Shown: piece after piece, positions 18,570 to 27,201 of the stretch
Layout of the letters: each line of letters opens with the position of its first letter
How positions within the stretch are numbered: the first letter of the stretch is position 1
NCBI GenBank assembly: GCA_050739095.1
Contig: JBOIAR010000010.1
Span: 45,710-77,709, forward strand
DNA length: 32,000 nucleotides
Direction: 5' to 3'
Source: Steroidobacteraceae bacterium
GTDB taxonomy: Bacteria > Pseudomonadota > Gammaproteobacteria > Steroidobacterales > Steroidobacteraceae
Program-made: the position numbers and the translations under genes
Notes under the pieces: model-generated
Database searches by the model: none
What the model was told of the DNA's origin: nothing
The model's input: the letters and a program-made list of their open reading frames with translations, nothing else

Positions 18570-19721
18570 ATGAAGGGCTTGTTCGTCACCACTGCCGTCC
18601 TTGCGGTCATCATCGTTCCAGTAGGCCCGGTCTACGCCGGGCGTTACGATGCCGGCGACGCCTTTATCGTAAGCAAGCTCGTTCGGGACGGCCATACGTT
18701 CTATGTTCCTCGCTACCACTATCCCGGGACCGCCTCACACGCGGGGATAACCGGTTATCCGTTCCCGAGTGCGTCACAGGCTTTCGGTCTGTCAAGGCTC
18801 CCCGGGCAGTCCAATGCGAATCCGAATGCCTTCGCGTGGCGCCTGGTCGGCGATGCGTCCGATTCGATGATCACCTTATCGGCCGGTGGAGTGAGCCTCG
18901 GGGCCAATCGCGCTGCCGGTTGCTCCATCTGGAGCTGGCTGTGGAATGGCAGACAGCTCATCAATCACCGCGATTACGGCCGTGAGTTGCAAGGGTCGCT
19001 TTCCTGGGTCGACTCGAGCCACAACACTCCGAACCCGACTGAAGCCGGCGACGGTTTCAAGAACGGGGCTCCATGCAGCGCGACAGTTTCGGGAGCGAGT
19101 CTGAGCACCACCTCGGTACCGCTCGAATGGAACGGCGGCAGGTTGGCAGGAACTCAAGGTGGTCCCGACAGGCCTGTCATATGGGAAGACATGACACTAG
19201 GCAAGGAAGTGTCTCTGAATTACATGAACATGGGCCCTGTTGCGAGGTATGAGACAGAGCTGAGCATCCCGCGCGCACTGGTGCGCGGCCACGTCGAGAT
19301 ACCGACGGTATACCTGGCCCCGGAATTGTATCAAACCGTAACGTACGACGCTCGTTCGCGCGAGACGTTGCCTGCCACGGGCGCTCGCAACAGAGCCGCG
19401 ACGTACGAGCCGAAGAGTGGCTACGGCGGGATCATCGCGACGACGTCGAGACACGATTTCGCAATGGGCATCTATGGGGTAGTGACATCATCAGGTGGGT
19501 CCGTGTCGTTTTTTACCGCAACCAACTATCCCGGACCAACGAATGGCGGTTGGAACGGCACTTCCATCGCTACCGTCAAGCTCGCCGCAACGTACGTGGG
19601 TCCCATCGCTGCAGGCAGGAATACCTACACGGCCTGGGTGATCTCCGGAACACTGGATCAAGTCAAGAGAGCCATGAGTGCCTTGTACCGGGCAAACGCC
19701 TCCCAAGCATCAGACCAATGA
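18570..19721 (+). CDS. Secreted protein of unknown family (candidate EPS-modifying or EPS-degrading enzyme by context only)
   Basis: ATG 18570 is preceded by GAGGAG with a 5-nt spacer. Signal peptide: MKGLFVTTAVLAVIIVPVGPVYA|GR. The mature ~360 aa are rich in G/S/T/W/Y and contain no motif I recognise. The gene is convergent with the flanking GT2, with an overlap of 59 nt. Confidence 0.6.
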   Translation: MKGLFVTTAVLAVIIVPVGPVYAGRYDAGDAFIVSKLVRDGHTFYVPRYHYPGTASHAGITGYPFPSASQAFGLSRLPGQSNANPNAFAWRLVGDASDSMITLSAGGVSLGANRAAGCSIWSWLWNGRQLINHRDYGRELQGSLSWVDSSHNTPNPTEAGDGFKNGAPCSATVSGASLSTTSVPLEWNGGRLAGTQGGPDRPVIWEDMTLGKEVSLNYMNMGPVARYETELSIPRALVRGHVEIPTVYLAPELYQTVTYDARSRETLPATGARNRAATYEPKSGYGGIIATTSRHDFAMGIYGVVTSSGGSVSFFTATNYPGPTNGGWNGTSIATVKLAATYVGPIAAGRNTYTAWVISGTLDQVKRAMSALYRANASQASDQ

Positions 19722-20388
19722 GACGGAGACGTTCCGAAGCAATCACCGCTGTCGAACGTCGGTAGGCGGTCGCAGTGGGTGAGATTGCTGCCGCGTGGCG
19801 GCGATAAAGAATGAGAGGTGTAGGAACGACTTCCAGCGCGCCGTCCCAAGCGGCATTGAAACTTATCCAGAAGTCGTGAGGTATCCGGGAAGGCAGCGGA
19901 AGCAAGCCATCCAGGTATCGCCGGGTGCATGCAAGCGTGGCTCCGATGATGGGGGGGCGCAGGAGAATCGACCAGGCGGAGAAGTCCCTCGCCCGGCGCC
20001 ACTGGAAATAGGAGGGATGGATCTCTCGGAGGCATTCGTCCACGACCACCGCATCGGAGGTCACGCAGGATTTTCTCTCCAATGCCCGGTCCAACGTTTG
20101 AACCTTTCCAGGCAGCCAGACATCGTCCTGATCGGCAAAATAAATGTTGTCGCCGCGCACCTGATTCAATGCGCGCTGAAAATTATGAACATAGCCGACA
20201 CGGGCCGTGTTGCTGAGCACTCGAATGCGCTTGTCGCCCATGGCGGCGATCACCGCCACCGTTCCGTCTGTTGACGCATCATCGGAAACAATGATCTCAT
20301 CGTCAATGGAGAGCTGACGGACGATACTATCCAGTTGCTCGCCGACGAATCGCTCGCCCTCACAGGTCGCGAGTACCACGCTGCGCAT
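19663..20388 (-). CDS. Family 2 glycosyltransferase
   Basis: MRSVVLATCEGERFVGEQLDSIVRQL...IIVSDDASTDGT...YFADQDDVWLPGK is a GT2 N-terminal domain with DDAS and DQDD motifs. Confidence 0.85.
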   Translation of the reverse strand: MRSVVLATCEGERFVGEQLDSIVRQLSIDDEIIVSDDASTDGTVAVIAAMGDKRIRVLSNTARVGYVHNFQRALNQVRGDNIYFADQDDVWLPGKVQTLDRALERKSCVTSDAVVVDECLREIHPSYFQWRRARDFSAWSILLRPPIIGATLACTRRYLDGLLPLPSRIPHDFWISFNAAWDGALEVVPTPLILYRRHAAAISPTATAYRRSTAVIASERLRLIGLMLGRRLPGTRHSWLS

Positions 20389-20413
20389 AATGTGCCTGCT
20401 GCAAGGAAGTGCG

Positions 20414-21247
20414 TCAGTGGCGATCGCGCTGCTTCGCGTAGTAGTGAGGATTGTCCACGATGCCCCGCGGAAACAGCCGCCGGACGGCCATCCGCGCCCA
20501 CGCGTCCGCGCGAAGCATCAGATTGCGAATAGGCTGCTCCGGCCGGCCCCGGAAGCTCGTGACGTGGAAGTAGTCCTGGCCGCCAACCGGATGGCGCGAA
20601 AAATAGTAATTGGATACGCAGCATCGGTTTCGCCGCGACACATTCCTCGACACCGAGTGCCAGGAATCGCGATGCGTAACCATGACCGCGAGCCTGTTGA
20701 ACCGGCTGTGAATGGTGATGGCCCGACCGCCAGGACCGTCGGGCCACAGCTCGAGATTGCAGCCCGACTCTTGTGCCCAGTCCGGGGAGACGTAGTAAAG
20801 CAGATTCAGGACCCGATAACGGCTACGGAATCTATCATGGGAGTTGTCGACGTGAGGGTTCAGATACTGCCCGTAGGTCATCGTCGAGATACCGCCGGCA
20901 TAAAGCAGCTCGTCGGGCTCGAGACTCTTGAGTTGTGTGATCTCCTCGATCAGAGTCGTCACCCCGGGCAGTTGGAACGCGTAGACCGCCTCCTCGAGAA
21001 GCGAGTCGTATTTGTCCATCTGAGCAGCTACGTATTTGACCTCCCTCAGGCTTTTTTTCAGCGTCATTTTCTCGAGTGGAGGAAACGCCGAGTAAACCTT
21101 CCGCGCCCATGGCTCCGGCAACAGATCATCCAGGACAAAGTGGCTGATCGGCGCCGATGCATGCCATTGCCTCGAGAGCTCTGCCTTCTGCTCCCCGAGA
21201 CGACGGCGGATCTGCTCCGCAAGCGACTCTCGCGTCAATTGATCCAT
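20414..21247 (-). CDS. 2OG-Fe(II) oxygenase superfamily protein
   Basis: The HxD...H facial triad context is LNPHVDNSHD ... SWHSVS, with YRVLNLLYYV and NRLAVMV strands typical of the prolyl-4-hydroxylase-like double-stranded beta-helix. ATG start with a CGGAG SD. Confidence 0.7.
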   Translation of the reverse strand: MDQLTRESLAEQIRRRLGEQKAELSRQWHASAPISHFVLDDLLPEPWARKVYSAFPPLEKMTLKKSLREVKYVAAQMDKYDSLLEEAVYAFQLPGVTTLIEEITQLKSLEPDELLYAGGISTMTYGQYLNPHVDNSHDRFRSRYRVLNLLYYVSPDWAQESGCNLELWPDGPGGRAITIHSRFNRLAVMVTHRDSWHSVSRNVSRRNRCCVSNYYFSRHPVGGQDYFHVTSFRGRPEQPIRNLMLRADAWARMAVRRLFPRGIVDNPHYYAKQRDRH

Positions 21248-21321
21248 CGAAAACTCCGGGTCATCTCTGCTCGCTCTCGTATTCTAATTTAATTGCAATC
21301 GCGAACCGTGACTCGCAGCCT

Positions 21322-22563
21322 TCAGGGGGTTTCCGACGGTGGCCGCGGCAGCCGCCCGGCGTGCGGCGGCGAGGAAATGCCGACGGCAGCTTCGCCCGAG
21401 AAACACCGCAGCAGCAGAATGCACATGCCGAACGCGCCACCGACTGCGGTCAAGTAAGGATTGGTGAATCCCGCTGCGACCCAAAGCAGTATTACCGCGT
21501 TCGCATAGAGCCTATCGCTGCGGGATATCCGCTGGGAACGGAAAAAAACGTAGAAATTCACGATTAACCAGCTCAGGCCGAATATGCCGAACTGCATGGC
21601 CATGGCGTACCATTGGACCTCATAGGAGTAAGGAATCGTGGTACTGCGACGATACCCGGGGACGCTCGAGCCCATTCCGGTGCCTGCTATCGGGTACTGG
21701 ACGAAAGTATCGGAGAGTTTCCTCATTTCCTCGATCCGGGTCTGATCCGAGGCGGAGGAAGCTTGTCCGACAAACCGGTGGCTCAGCGTGACGGCGAGCA
21801 CGGCCGCCGCCACCGCCGCCAACAGGACCGCGGCGATGAAGGTCCGATCGATCGTTCGCAGCCACAGAGCCCGGGTGACCAGCGCAACCGCGAACGCCCC
21901 GAACAGGAATCGCGAGAAGCTCGTATAGACCACTATGGATACGCTGATGATGAAGATGACGTCGATCATCCGACGCCTGCCTCGGTAGCACGCCACTAGA
22001 AATATCATGGCGATGTCCGAAGGGAACTGAAGCCGCTGCAGATTCATGCCGATGTCCGTGGTCACGGACTCGAATCCCAAAACCCGCTGTGCCGCGTCGA
22101 GTGTAAACAGCCCGGCGACGACGCCACCCAGAATGGCGACCTTCAACAGCATCGAGGATATGGCGGAGCGCCGTATGAGCTTGTCCAGAAACTCACCATC
22201 GGTCGCTCGCGGATCGCGCTGTACGATCAGCGGTACGATACTCAGGGCGATGAAAAAAAAGAGCAGCCGCGCAAATTGCCCGGCGACCTCCGAGCTCTGG
22301 ACCGAGCGGAAGGAGCCCACCACACTCGGGTAGAGCAAACTTCCAGCGACCGAGACCAACCATATCGCGGAGCTGATGCTGAACCGGGCCGTCAGAACGA
22401 GATAAAGCCAATAGGCGAGAATGAGCATTCCTTTGGGTATGGCCAGTCCCGGTATGGCGATGCTGATCCAGACGAGCGCGGCGAACAAGCCGGTCGCACG
22501 CGGCAACGAGAGCGCCGGCCGCCAGAGAGACCCGGGCGCATGGGGATACGGGGTCAGTTGCAC
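21322..22563 (-). CDS. Wzy-like polysaccharide polymerase / O-antigen-ligase-family membrane protein
   Basis: About 10-12 hydrophobic helices with a larger loop (RFVGQASSASDQTRIEEMRKLSDTF...GTGMGSSVPGYRR) in the C-terminal third. The gene sits between wzz and the tailoring genes. The start is uncertain: GTG 22563, TTG 22506 or ATG 22428. The first ~57 codons of the track ORF overlap wzz and are arginine-rich junk. Confidence 0.6.
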   Translation of the reverse strand: MQLTPYPHAPGSLWRPALSLPRATGLFAALVWISIAIPGLAIPKGMLILAYWLYLVLTARFSISSAIWLVSVAGSLLYPSVVGSFRSVQSSEVAGQFARLLFFFIALSIVPLIVQRDPRATDGEFLDKLIRRSAISSMLLKVAILGGVVAGLFTLDAAQRVLGFESVTTDIGMNLQRLQFPSDIAMIFLVACYRGRRRMIDVIFIISVSIVVYTSFSRFLFGAFAVALVTRALWLRTIDRTFIAAVLLAAVAAAVLAVTLSHRFVGQASSASDQTRIEEMRKLSDTFVQYPIAGTGMGSSVPGYRRSTTIPYSYEVQWYAMAMQFGIFGLSWLIVNFYVFFRSQRISRSDRLYANAVILLWVAAGFTNPYLTAVGGAFGMCILLLRCFSGEAAVGISSPPHAGRLPRPPSETP

Positions 22564-22585
22564 ACGTGGCCTACACTGCGCGCGA

Positions 22586-23605
22586 TCAGGCGTCCTCGCG
22601 CCAGTGGGCCCGGATGAGCACCACGAACGCGGATATCGTCGCCCCGCAGAGGAGTCCCAGAGCCACCCACAGGAGGGGTCGCGGGAATGACGGTATCTCC
22701 GGCGCGAGAGCAGGATCGAGAACCTTGAACGCATACTCCTGCGTGCCCTGCGCCATCATCGCCTTGTCGAGCTCGCTCTCCAGGAGGGCGTAGATCGTCT
22801 CCTTGATGCCGACTGCGTCCGTCTTCGCGGCCTGCGCGGTCAGGTAATCGATGTCACGCTGCGACTCCGCGATTGCCTTGCCGCGCAGGTAGTCGTTGGT
22901 CATCTTTACCACACCGTTTGCCCAGCGCGCGGCAATCGCAGGATCTCTCCAGGTAACCGTGAGAGTCACGAGGCCCGTCTTGGAGTCGATGTCGACGTCG
23001 CAGATCCTCTTCCTGAAGTACTGCGCCGCCTTCCACAAAGTCGGAACATCATCCGGGTCGCTGGTGTTCCACGTCTTGCGGACTGCATTCCACTTGCTTG
23101 CGTAGAGCACCGGCAACAGATTGTTGTCACGGATGTACCGCTCCGCGATCGCGTCCGACTGGAGCACGGCTACCGATTCAGCCTTCCTCGTATCGCCGGT
23201 GGTGGAGACTCCCGCGAGCGATGCCAGGCCGCTGAACTGGGACGCAATCGAGCTCAAGCCCCCGAACCCGCCGCCGACGGATTCCTCTCCGAGCGGTGAG
23301 ACCAGTATCTTGGCGTCATACCACCTCGGCAGCAGCCAGGCCGCGAGACCCGCCGCCACAGTGAAGGCGATGGTCATACTCAGTACCAGCCACTTATCGT
23401 GCAGAAGGAGCTGCACGAATTTTTTGAGTGTCAGCTGACCCGGGTCATAGGTCGCTCGAGCCCGCGGACGGGGGTCGACGAGCGATGGAGCCGCCGCGGG
23501 CGACTCGTGCGTCCGTTGGTGTGCCGGCAGACTGCTCTCCAATCCGTCTCTCCCGTTCACGATTCTGTCGTCATGGGCCCAACGCATGCACGGCCGCGGC
23601 TGCAA
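22586..23605 (-). CDS. wzz: Polysaccharide chain-length determinant (Wzz/PCP family), no kinase domain
   Basis: Wzz N-terminal motif LKKFVQLLLHDKWLVLSMTIAFTVAAGLAAWLLPRWYDAKILV. It is followed by a long periplasmic, predicted-helical region. A second TM lies at the C-terminus (PLLWVALGLLCGATISAFVVLI). The start is uncertain within 23560-23605. Confidence 0.8.
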   Translation of the reverse strand: MQPRPCMRWAHDDRIVNGRDGLESSLPAHQRTHESPAAAPSLVDPRPRARATYDPGQLTLKKFVQLLLHDKWLVLSMTIAFTVAAGLAAWLLPRWYDAKILVSPLGEESVGGGFGGLSSIASQFSGLASLAGVSTTGDTRKAESVAVLQSDAIAERYIRDNNLLPVLYASKWNAVRKTWNTSDPDDVPTLWKAAQYFRKRICDVDIDSKTGLVTLTVTWRDPAIAARWANGVVKMTNDYLRGKAIAESQRDIDYLTAQAAKTDAVGIKETIYALLESELDKAMMAQGTQEYAFKVLDPALAPEIPSFPRPLLWVALGLLCGATISAFVVLIRAHWREDA

Positions 23606-26567
23606 TCGCCACGTTGTACATGATCCCCGTCACAGCCTGCCAGAAGGGCAGCGGCAGCATCTGCGTCGCGTTTATCGGCACCACAATGGTATCGCCCCGT
23701 CTGATCTGGATGTTCCCCCCCCCGTCGAACCAGCGGCTGCCCCCGCTCGCGATCACACTGCCGTTGGCGCGGACGACATAGAGTCTCTTCTCGTCGGCCT
23801 GTGCAGTGAAGCCTCCGCTGAGGCGTATGTAGTCGTTCCGCGACAGGTTGGGATTGTAAAGGTGCGAGGTCGGATCCTGGACTTCCCCGATCACGCTCAC
23901 TTCCTGCTGGAATTTCGGCACGATGAGCTGGTCGCCATCGCGCAGCACGATGTCGTATATCGAATTCGGGGGGTTGCGCAGGATCTGGCGCAGATCGATG
24001 ACCAGCCTCCCGACCGCCTTCTCGCCTTCCAGCTCATGGAGCAGCGACCGGCCAATGATGAGCGAGTTGGTCGCACCTCCCACATTGGCTCCCTGGGCCG
24101 TTGCCACCGCCCGCAGGGCGAGCACTCCGAGCTCGATCTTCATGCGGGCGGCGAGCTGATCCATCTGCTTCTGCTCGCGCTGCTGGAGCTCCGTGCGGGT
24201 AAAGACGGCTCCCTGGGGGAAGGCGTACTGGGTAAGACCACCGGCTCGCTCGAGCACCGACTTCAGCGTCTCGCCCGGCTTGACGGTGTAGACCCCCGGG
24301 AAGCGCACTTCGCCGAGCAGCGTAACGCTGGCCCGGTTAGCCCACTGGGAGACCTCCTTCACGCTGAGGACATCGTAGGGCTCGAGGCGCACGTTCGCTG
24401 CCTGATCGCCAGCCAGCGCCCGGGCCAGGTCAATGTCGAAGATCTGCGTCCGCCGCGTGCCCTCTGCATCGACGACGTAGCGCGTGAGCTCCGCCGTGGT
24501 GGTGTAGGCTGAGCTGGCCAACCCCCCTCCGGCACGCACGAGATCGGCGACTCTCATGCCGGGCCCGAGCGGGTATTGCCCGGGCACATTGACCCGGCCT
24601 TCGACTATCACCACCGGGTCGGGCCGCTCCGCAGTCGACTGTGAGCGCAGCTCCTCGAGAATCGGCTGGATAATGCGGTCGCGGCTCGAGGAGAGATCAA
24701 ATACCGTGATTTGATCCCTCGGCATCAGCACCGGATCGGCAGCCGTTCCGGGACGAGCGAGTGCCGCCGCGAGATCGGCAGAGAGTACCTCGATACGGCG
24801 GTCGGGCGGCACCTCCCGCCGGATCAGCACATAGTGGAGGTCAGAATCGGGCTTCAGGTCCTCGACCGAGGGAATCACGGTGCTCAGCCGCATTTCCGGG
24901 TGGTACTCGAAAGGCCCCGCCGTGTAAATGTTGCCCTGCAGCACGACATCCGCATCGAGCGTAGGCCTAAGGCGCGGAATGTGGATGTAGTCGCCGTTCC
25001 GCAGTCCCTCCGCCTCGCCCCCTTCAGCGGTGAGGTCCAGGGGCAGAACGACCCGCTGGCCATTCGGCATGATGCGGGTCAGCGTCGCCCTGGATGTGTC
25101 CGCATCCGGCTTCAGGCCCCCCGCCAAGGCGACGATCTGCGCGGGCGTGGTCTCGTTCTTGATCTCATAGATGGCGGGCCGCTCCACTTGGTCGTCTATC
25201 GCCACTGTCGGCCCCACTGGCGGCACGAACACGACATCGCCCTGGAGCAGCTTCGCGTCGTCCCTGGTGCTGCCTCGGAGGAGCAGGTCGTAGAGATCCA
25301 GGGTCCTCACCAGGACGCCGTCGCGCTTCAACTCGATCCTACGCATCGAGCCGGTCTGGCCGATGCCGCCCGCCGCATAAAGAGCCGAGGTGATCGTTCC
25401 GAGTGAGCTGATGGTGTAGGCGCCGGGCTCAAACGCATCACCCACGACAAAGACCTGGATGGAGCGGGTCTGCTCCATTGTCACGCTGGCGCGCACTCCG
25501 ATCATCTGATGCGCGACGCGGGCCTCGATTTCCGCCTGGACTGTGCTGAAAAGCTGGCCACCAACGTTGATGGGGCCGAGCTGCGGGAAGCTGACCCGCC
25601 CGCCCCGGCCCACTGCCAGCTGGTACTCTTCGCTCTTATTGCCGTAGAGCAGCACGTCGAGCACGTCACCGGGACCGACTGTGTAGTTCGATGGCACCGG
25701 AACGTCCGTCAGAGGATTGAAGCTCGTGGAGTATTGCGAGAACAAGTCGTAGCCGAAGGGTTTGAGCGCCGCCACGCCGGTTTTGTCGAGCGGCAGGAGC
25801 GTCACCCTGACCTCGAGATTCTGGAACGCCGGTATGACGGACAGCCGCAGCGTCGCCTGGTCCTCCGAGAGTCCGGCGAGCGGGACGGGCGCGAAGCCCG
25901 GAAGCATCAGGTCCCCGTTCGGCGACAGCTGGTAAGGATTGCGGGAGCGGATGATCTCCATGAGCGCCGTGAGCCGCTGCTTGTCGGCGCCGCTCAGCTG
26001 CGATGCAGGCGTGACCGCCGTCGAGGCTTGGGCGAGCGCCGCGGCTGCGCCGCCCGCGCTGCCTCCCTGAAGCGCCTTCAGGGCCTGCAGCGCTTCGGAG
26101 GACGACAAAGCAGCGCCGGCTCCCGCGCCGGCGCCGGCGCCTTGCTCGGCGTACGCCTGCTGAAGCGCCAGCGCGGACTGCGAGGCCGCCCGCCGCGGGA
26201 GACTGAAAGCGATCTCCACGATGATCCAGTCGCCGCCCTTCATAATCGGGATCAGAGACTGCTGCTCCTGCTCCTGCTGCTTCTGCCGAACGGCCATCTG
26301 CTGCTCGTACTGCTGCAGCTGCGCCTGATTCTGCATGCTGAGCTGGGCCTGCGTACCGATGGCACTGGTACCATTCCCCAGGTTTCCGGTGCCGAGGCCG
26401 TTCATGATGGCCTGCTGCTCCTCGGGACTCAGTCCCTGGTACATCTGCGCCAAGCCGCTGTTCGGCGATACCGCCTGTGCGTGCGCAAAAGAGGCGAAGA
26501 GCCAGAGGCCAAGCAAACCAATCAGGCAGCCGGCAAGCGGCCAAAGCGGACGTCGCATCAAGCGCAT
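23571..26567 (-). CDS. wza: Large outer-membrane polysaccharide export protein (OPX/Wza family; Poly_export domain plus about 5-6 SLBB repeats)
   Basis: Signal peptide MRLMRRPLWPLAGCLIGLLGLWLFASFAHA|QA, with no lipobox. Poly_export core YTVGPGDVLDVLLYG...GRVSFPQLGPINVGGQ. Repeated SLBB-like units end in GDVVFVPP, GDYIHIPR, DQITVF, YDVLSV, GDQLIVPK and GDTIVVPI. C-terminal hydrophobic helix WQAVTGIMYNVAIAAAAV. Start at ATG 26567, with AAGGG upstream. Confidence 0.85.
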   Translation of the reverse strand: MRLMRRPLWPLAGCLIGLLGLWLFASFAHAQAVSPNSGLAQMYQGLSPEEQQAIMNGLGTGNLGNGTSAIGTQAQLSMQNQAQLQQYEQQMAVRQKQQEQEQQSLIPIMKGGDWIIVEIAFSLPRRAASQSALALQQAYAEQGAGAGAGAGAALSSSEALQALKALQGGSAGGAAAALAQASTAVTPASQLSGADKQRLTALMEIIRSRNPYQLSPNGDLMLPGFAPVPLAGLSEDQATLRLSVIPAFQNLEVRVTLLPLDKTGVAALKPFGYDLFSQYSTSFNPLTDVPVPSNYTVGPGDVLDVLLYGNKSEEYQLAVGRGGRVSFPQLGPINVGGQLFSTVQAEIEARVAHQMIGVRASVTMEQTRSIQVFVVGDAFEPGAYTISSLGTITSALYAAGGIGQTGSMRRIELKRDGVLVRTLDLYDLLLRGSTRDDAKLLQGDVVFVPPVGPTVAIDDQVERPAIYEIKNETTPAQIVALAGGLKPDADTSRATLTRIMPNGQRVVLPLDLTAEGGEAEGLRNGDYIHIPRLRPTLDADVVLQGNIYTAGPFEYHPEMRLSTVIPSVEDLKPDSDLHYVLIRREVPPDRRIEVLSADLAAALARPGTAADPVLMPRDQITVFDLSSSRDRIIQPILEELRSQSTAERPDPVVIVEGRVNVPGQYPLGPGMRVADLVRAGGGLASSAYTTTAELTRYVVDAEGTRRTQIFDIDLARALAGDQAANVRLEPYDVLSVKEVSQWANRASVTLLGEVRFPGVYTVKPGETLKSVLERAGGLTQYAFPQGAVFTRTELQQREQKQMDQLAARMKIELGVLALRAVATAQGANVGGATNSLIIGRSLLHELEGEKAVGRLVIDLRQILRNPPNSIYDIVLRDGDQLIVPKFQQEVSVIGEVQDPTSHLYNPNLSRNDYIRLSGGFTAQADEKRLYVVRANGSVIASGGSRWFDGGGNIQIRRGDTIVVPINATQMLPLPFWQAVTGIMYNVAIAAAAVHALGP

Positions 26568-26717
26568 TACCAACCCTTATCGCGAGTGCACAAGGCAGCG
26601 CACGCTCGAGCCTCAGTCCGGCTGTCCGCCGGATTCTCGAGGCCCTCATCGCCTCGGCCCGTCTCATGCGAAGCGGCGATTGTAGCGGGAGCGCTGCGGC
26701 TTTGGAGCGGAATCCGT

Positions 26718-26731
26718 GCTGAACGTTCAGC
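26718..26731. promoter_or_regulatory. Perfect 14-bp palindrome upstream of the export operon (candidate operator)
   Basis: GCTGAACGTTCAGC is its own reverse complement. It lies about 150 nt upstream of the OPX start codon, in the gap between the EPS locus and the TA island. Confidence 0.3.
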
Positions 26732-26754
26732 CGGGCGCGGCATGACCCTGGTCG

Positions 26755-26781
26755 CCACTACCGGCAGTGCGTCTCGATCCA
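26755..26781 (+). repeat. Island repeat copy 1 (CCACTACCGGCAGTGCGTCTCGATCCA)
   Basis: 25/27 identical, by hand alignment, to 31917-31943 in the same orientation. The 20-nt core is shared with 27463-27482. Confidence 0.8.
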
Positions 26782-26810
26782 CCACCGCGGGGCCACGGGG
26801 TGCCTTCGAT

Positions 26811-26848
26811 TGGACGTCCAGGACGAGTGGTAGTGGCGCGCCGTCATG
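26811..26848. repeat. Left arm of an inverted repeat bracketing the TA/SNF2 island
   Basis: The reverse complement (CATGACGGCGCGCCACTACCACTCGTCCTGGACGTCCA) aligns with 31962-32000 (CATGACGGCGCGCCACCACCACTCGTTCTGCACGTACCA). There are a few mismatches and one 1-nt indel. Confidence 0.8.
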
Positions 26849-26911
26849 CAGTTCCGCCCCGCGCGCCGCAGGGCAAGCCGGGTCCGGGATCCGCACCGGC
26901 AGCCGTTTGCG

Positions 26912-27201
26912 ATGGGCGCCGTGGACCGGGAATCGATCGTGGGCTTCGAATATGGTCAGGACAAGCGCGCCGCGAACAAGGACAAGCTCGACTTCGAGGA
27001 GGCTCAGGAACTCTGGCGCGACCCGGATCTGCTGGAGATCCCTGCGCGCACGATCGATGAGCCACGATGGATCGCCATCGGCAAACCCGGCGGAAGCACT
27101 GGTCCGCGGTGATCACTCGCTGCGGCGACAACATTCGGCTGATCTCAGTCCGGCGCGCCCGGGACGAGGAGATGGAGGTGTATGAAGGCGACGAAATTTG
27201 A
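26912..27201 (+). pseudogene. brnT: BrnT-family (DUF497) toxin, disrupted by an apparent 1-nt frameshift near 27085-27096
   Basis: The N-terminal part is in one frame (...FEYGQDKRAANKDKLDFEEAQELWRDPDLL...EPRWIAIGKPGG). The conserved C-terminal part is in the next frame (KHWSAVITRCGDNIRLISVRRARDEEMEVYEGDEI*), ending at 27201. The first frame terminates at 27112. Confidence 0.7.

Noticed and set aside
26100-26145. GCCGGC/GCGCCG short tandem repeat as a possible non-coding micro-satellite or CRISPR-like repeat
   Set aside because: It lies inside the OPX coding frame and simply encodes the (Gly-Ala)n stretch. There is no spacer-repeat organisation anywhere in the window.
26829-26850. Sigma54-like TGGCGCG-N-TGCA in the left inverted-repeat arm
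   Set aside because: The GG-to-GC spacing is one nucleotide too long. The right-arm copy lacks the -12 GC, so this is not a credible shared RpoN promoter.
26846-26911. Upstream ATG 26846 as the brnT start (MQFRPARRRASRV...)
   Set aside because: The extension is Arg-rich and starts inside the inverted-repeat arm. DUF497 proteins begin a few residues before the F-E/W-W/Y-D block, which fits ATG 26912.
23586-27185. Long + strand ORFs (23586-24512, 24711-25406, 25509-27185) and the alternative minus-frame ORF 25666-26667 across the OPX gene
   Set aside because: Same shadow-ORF composition (R/G/A/P-rich, low complexity). The OPX frame carries Poly_export and SLBB motifs along its full length.
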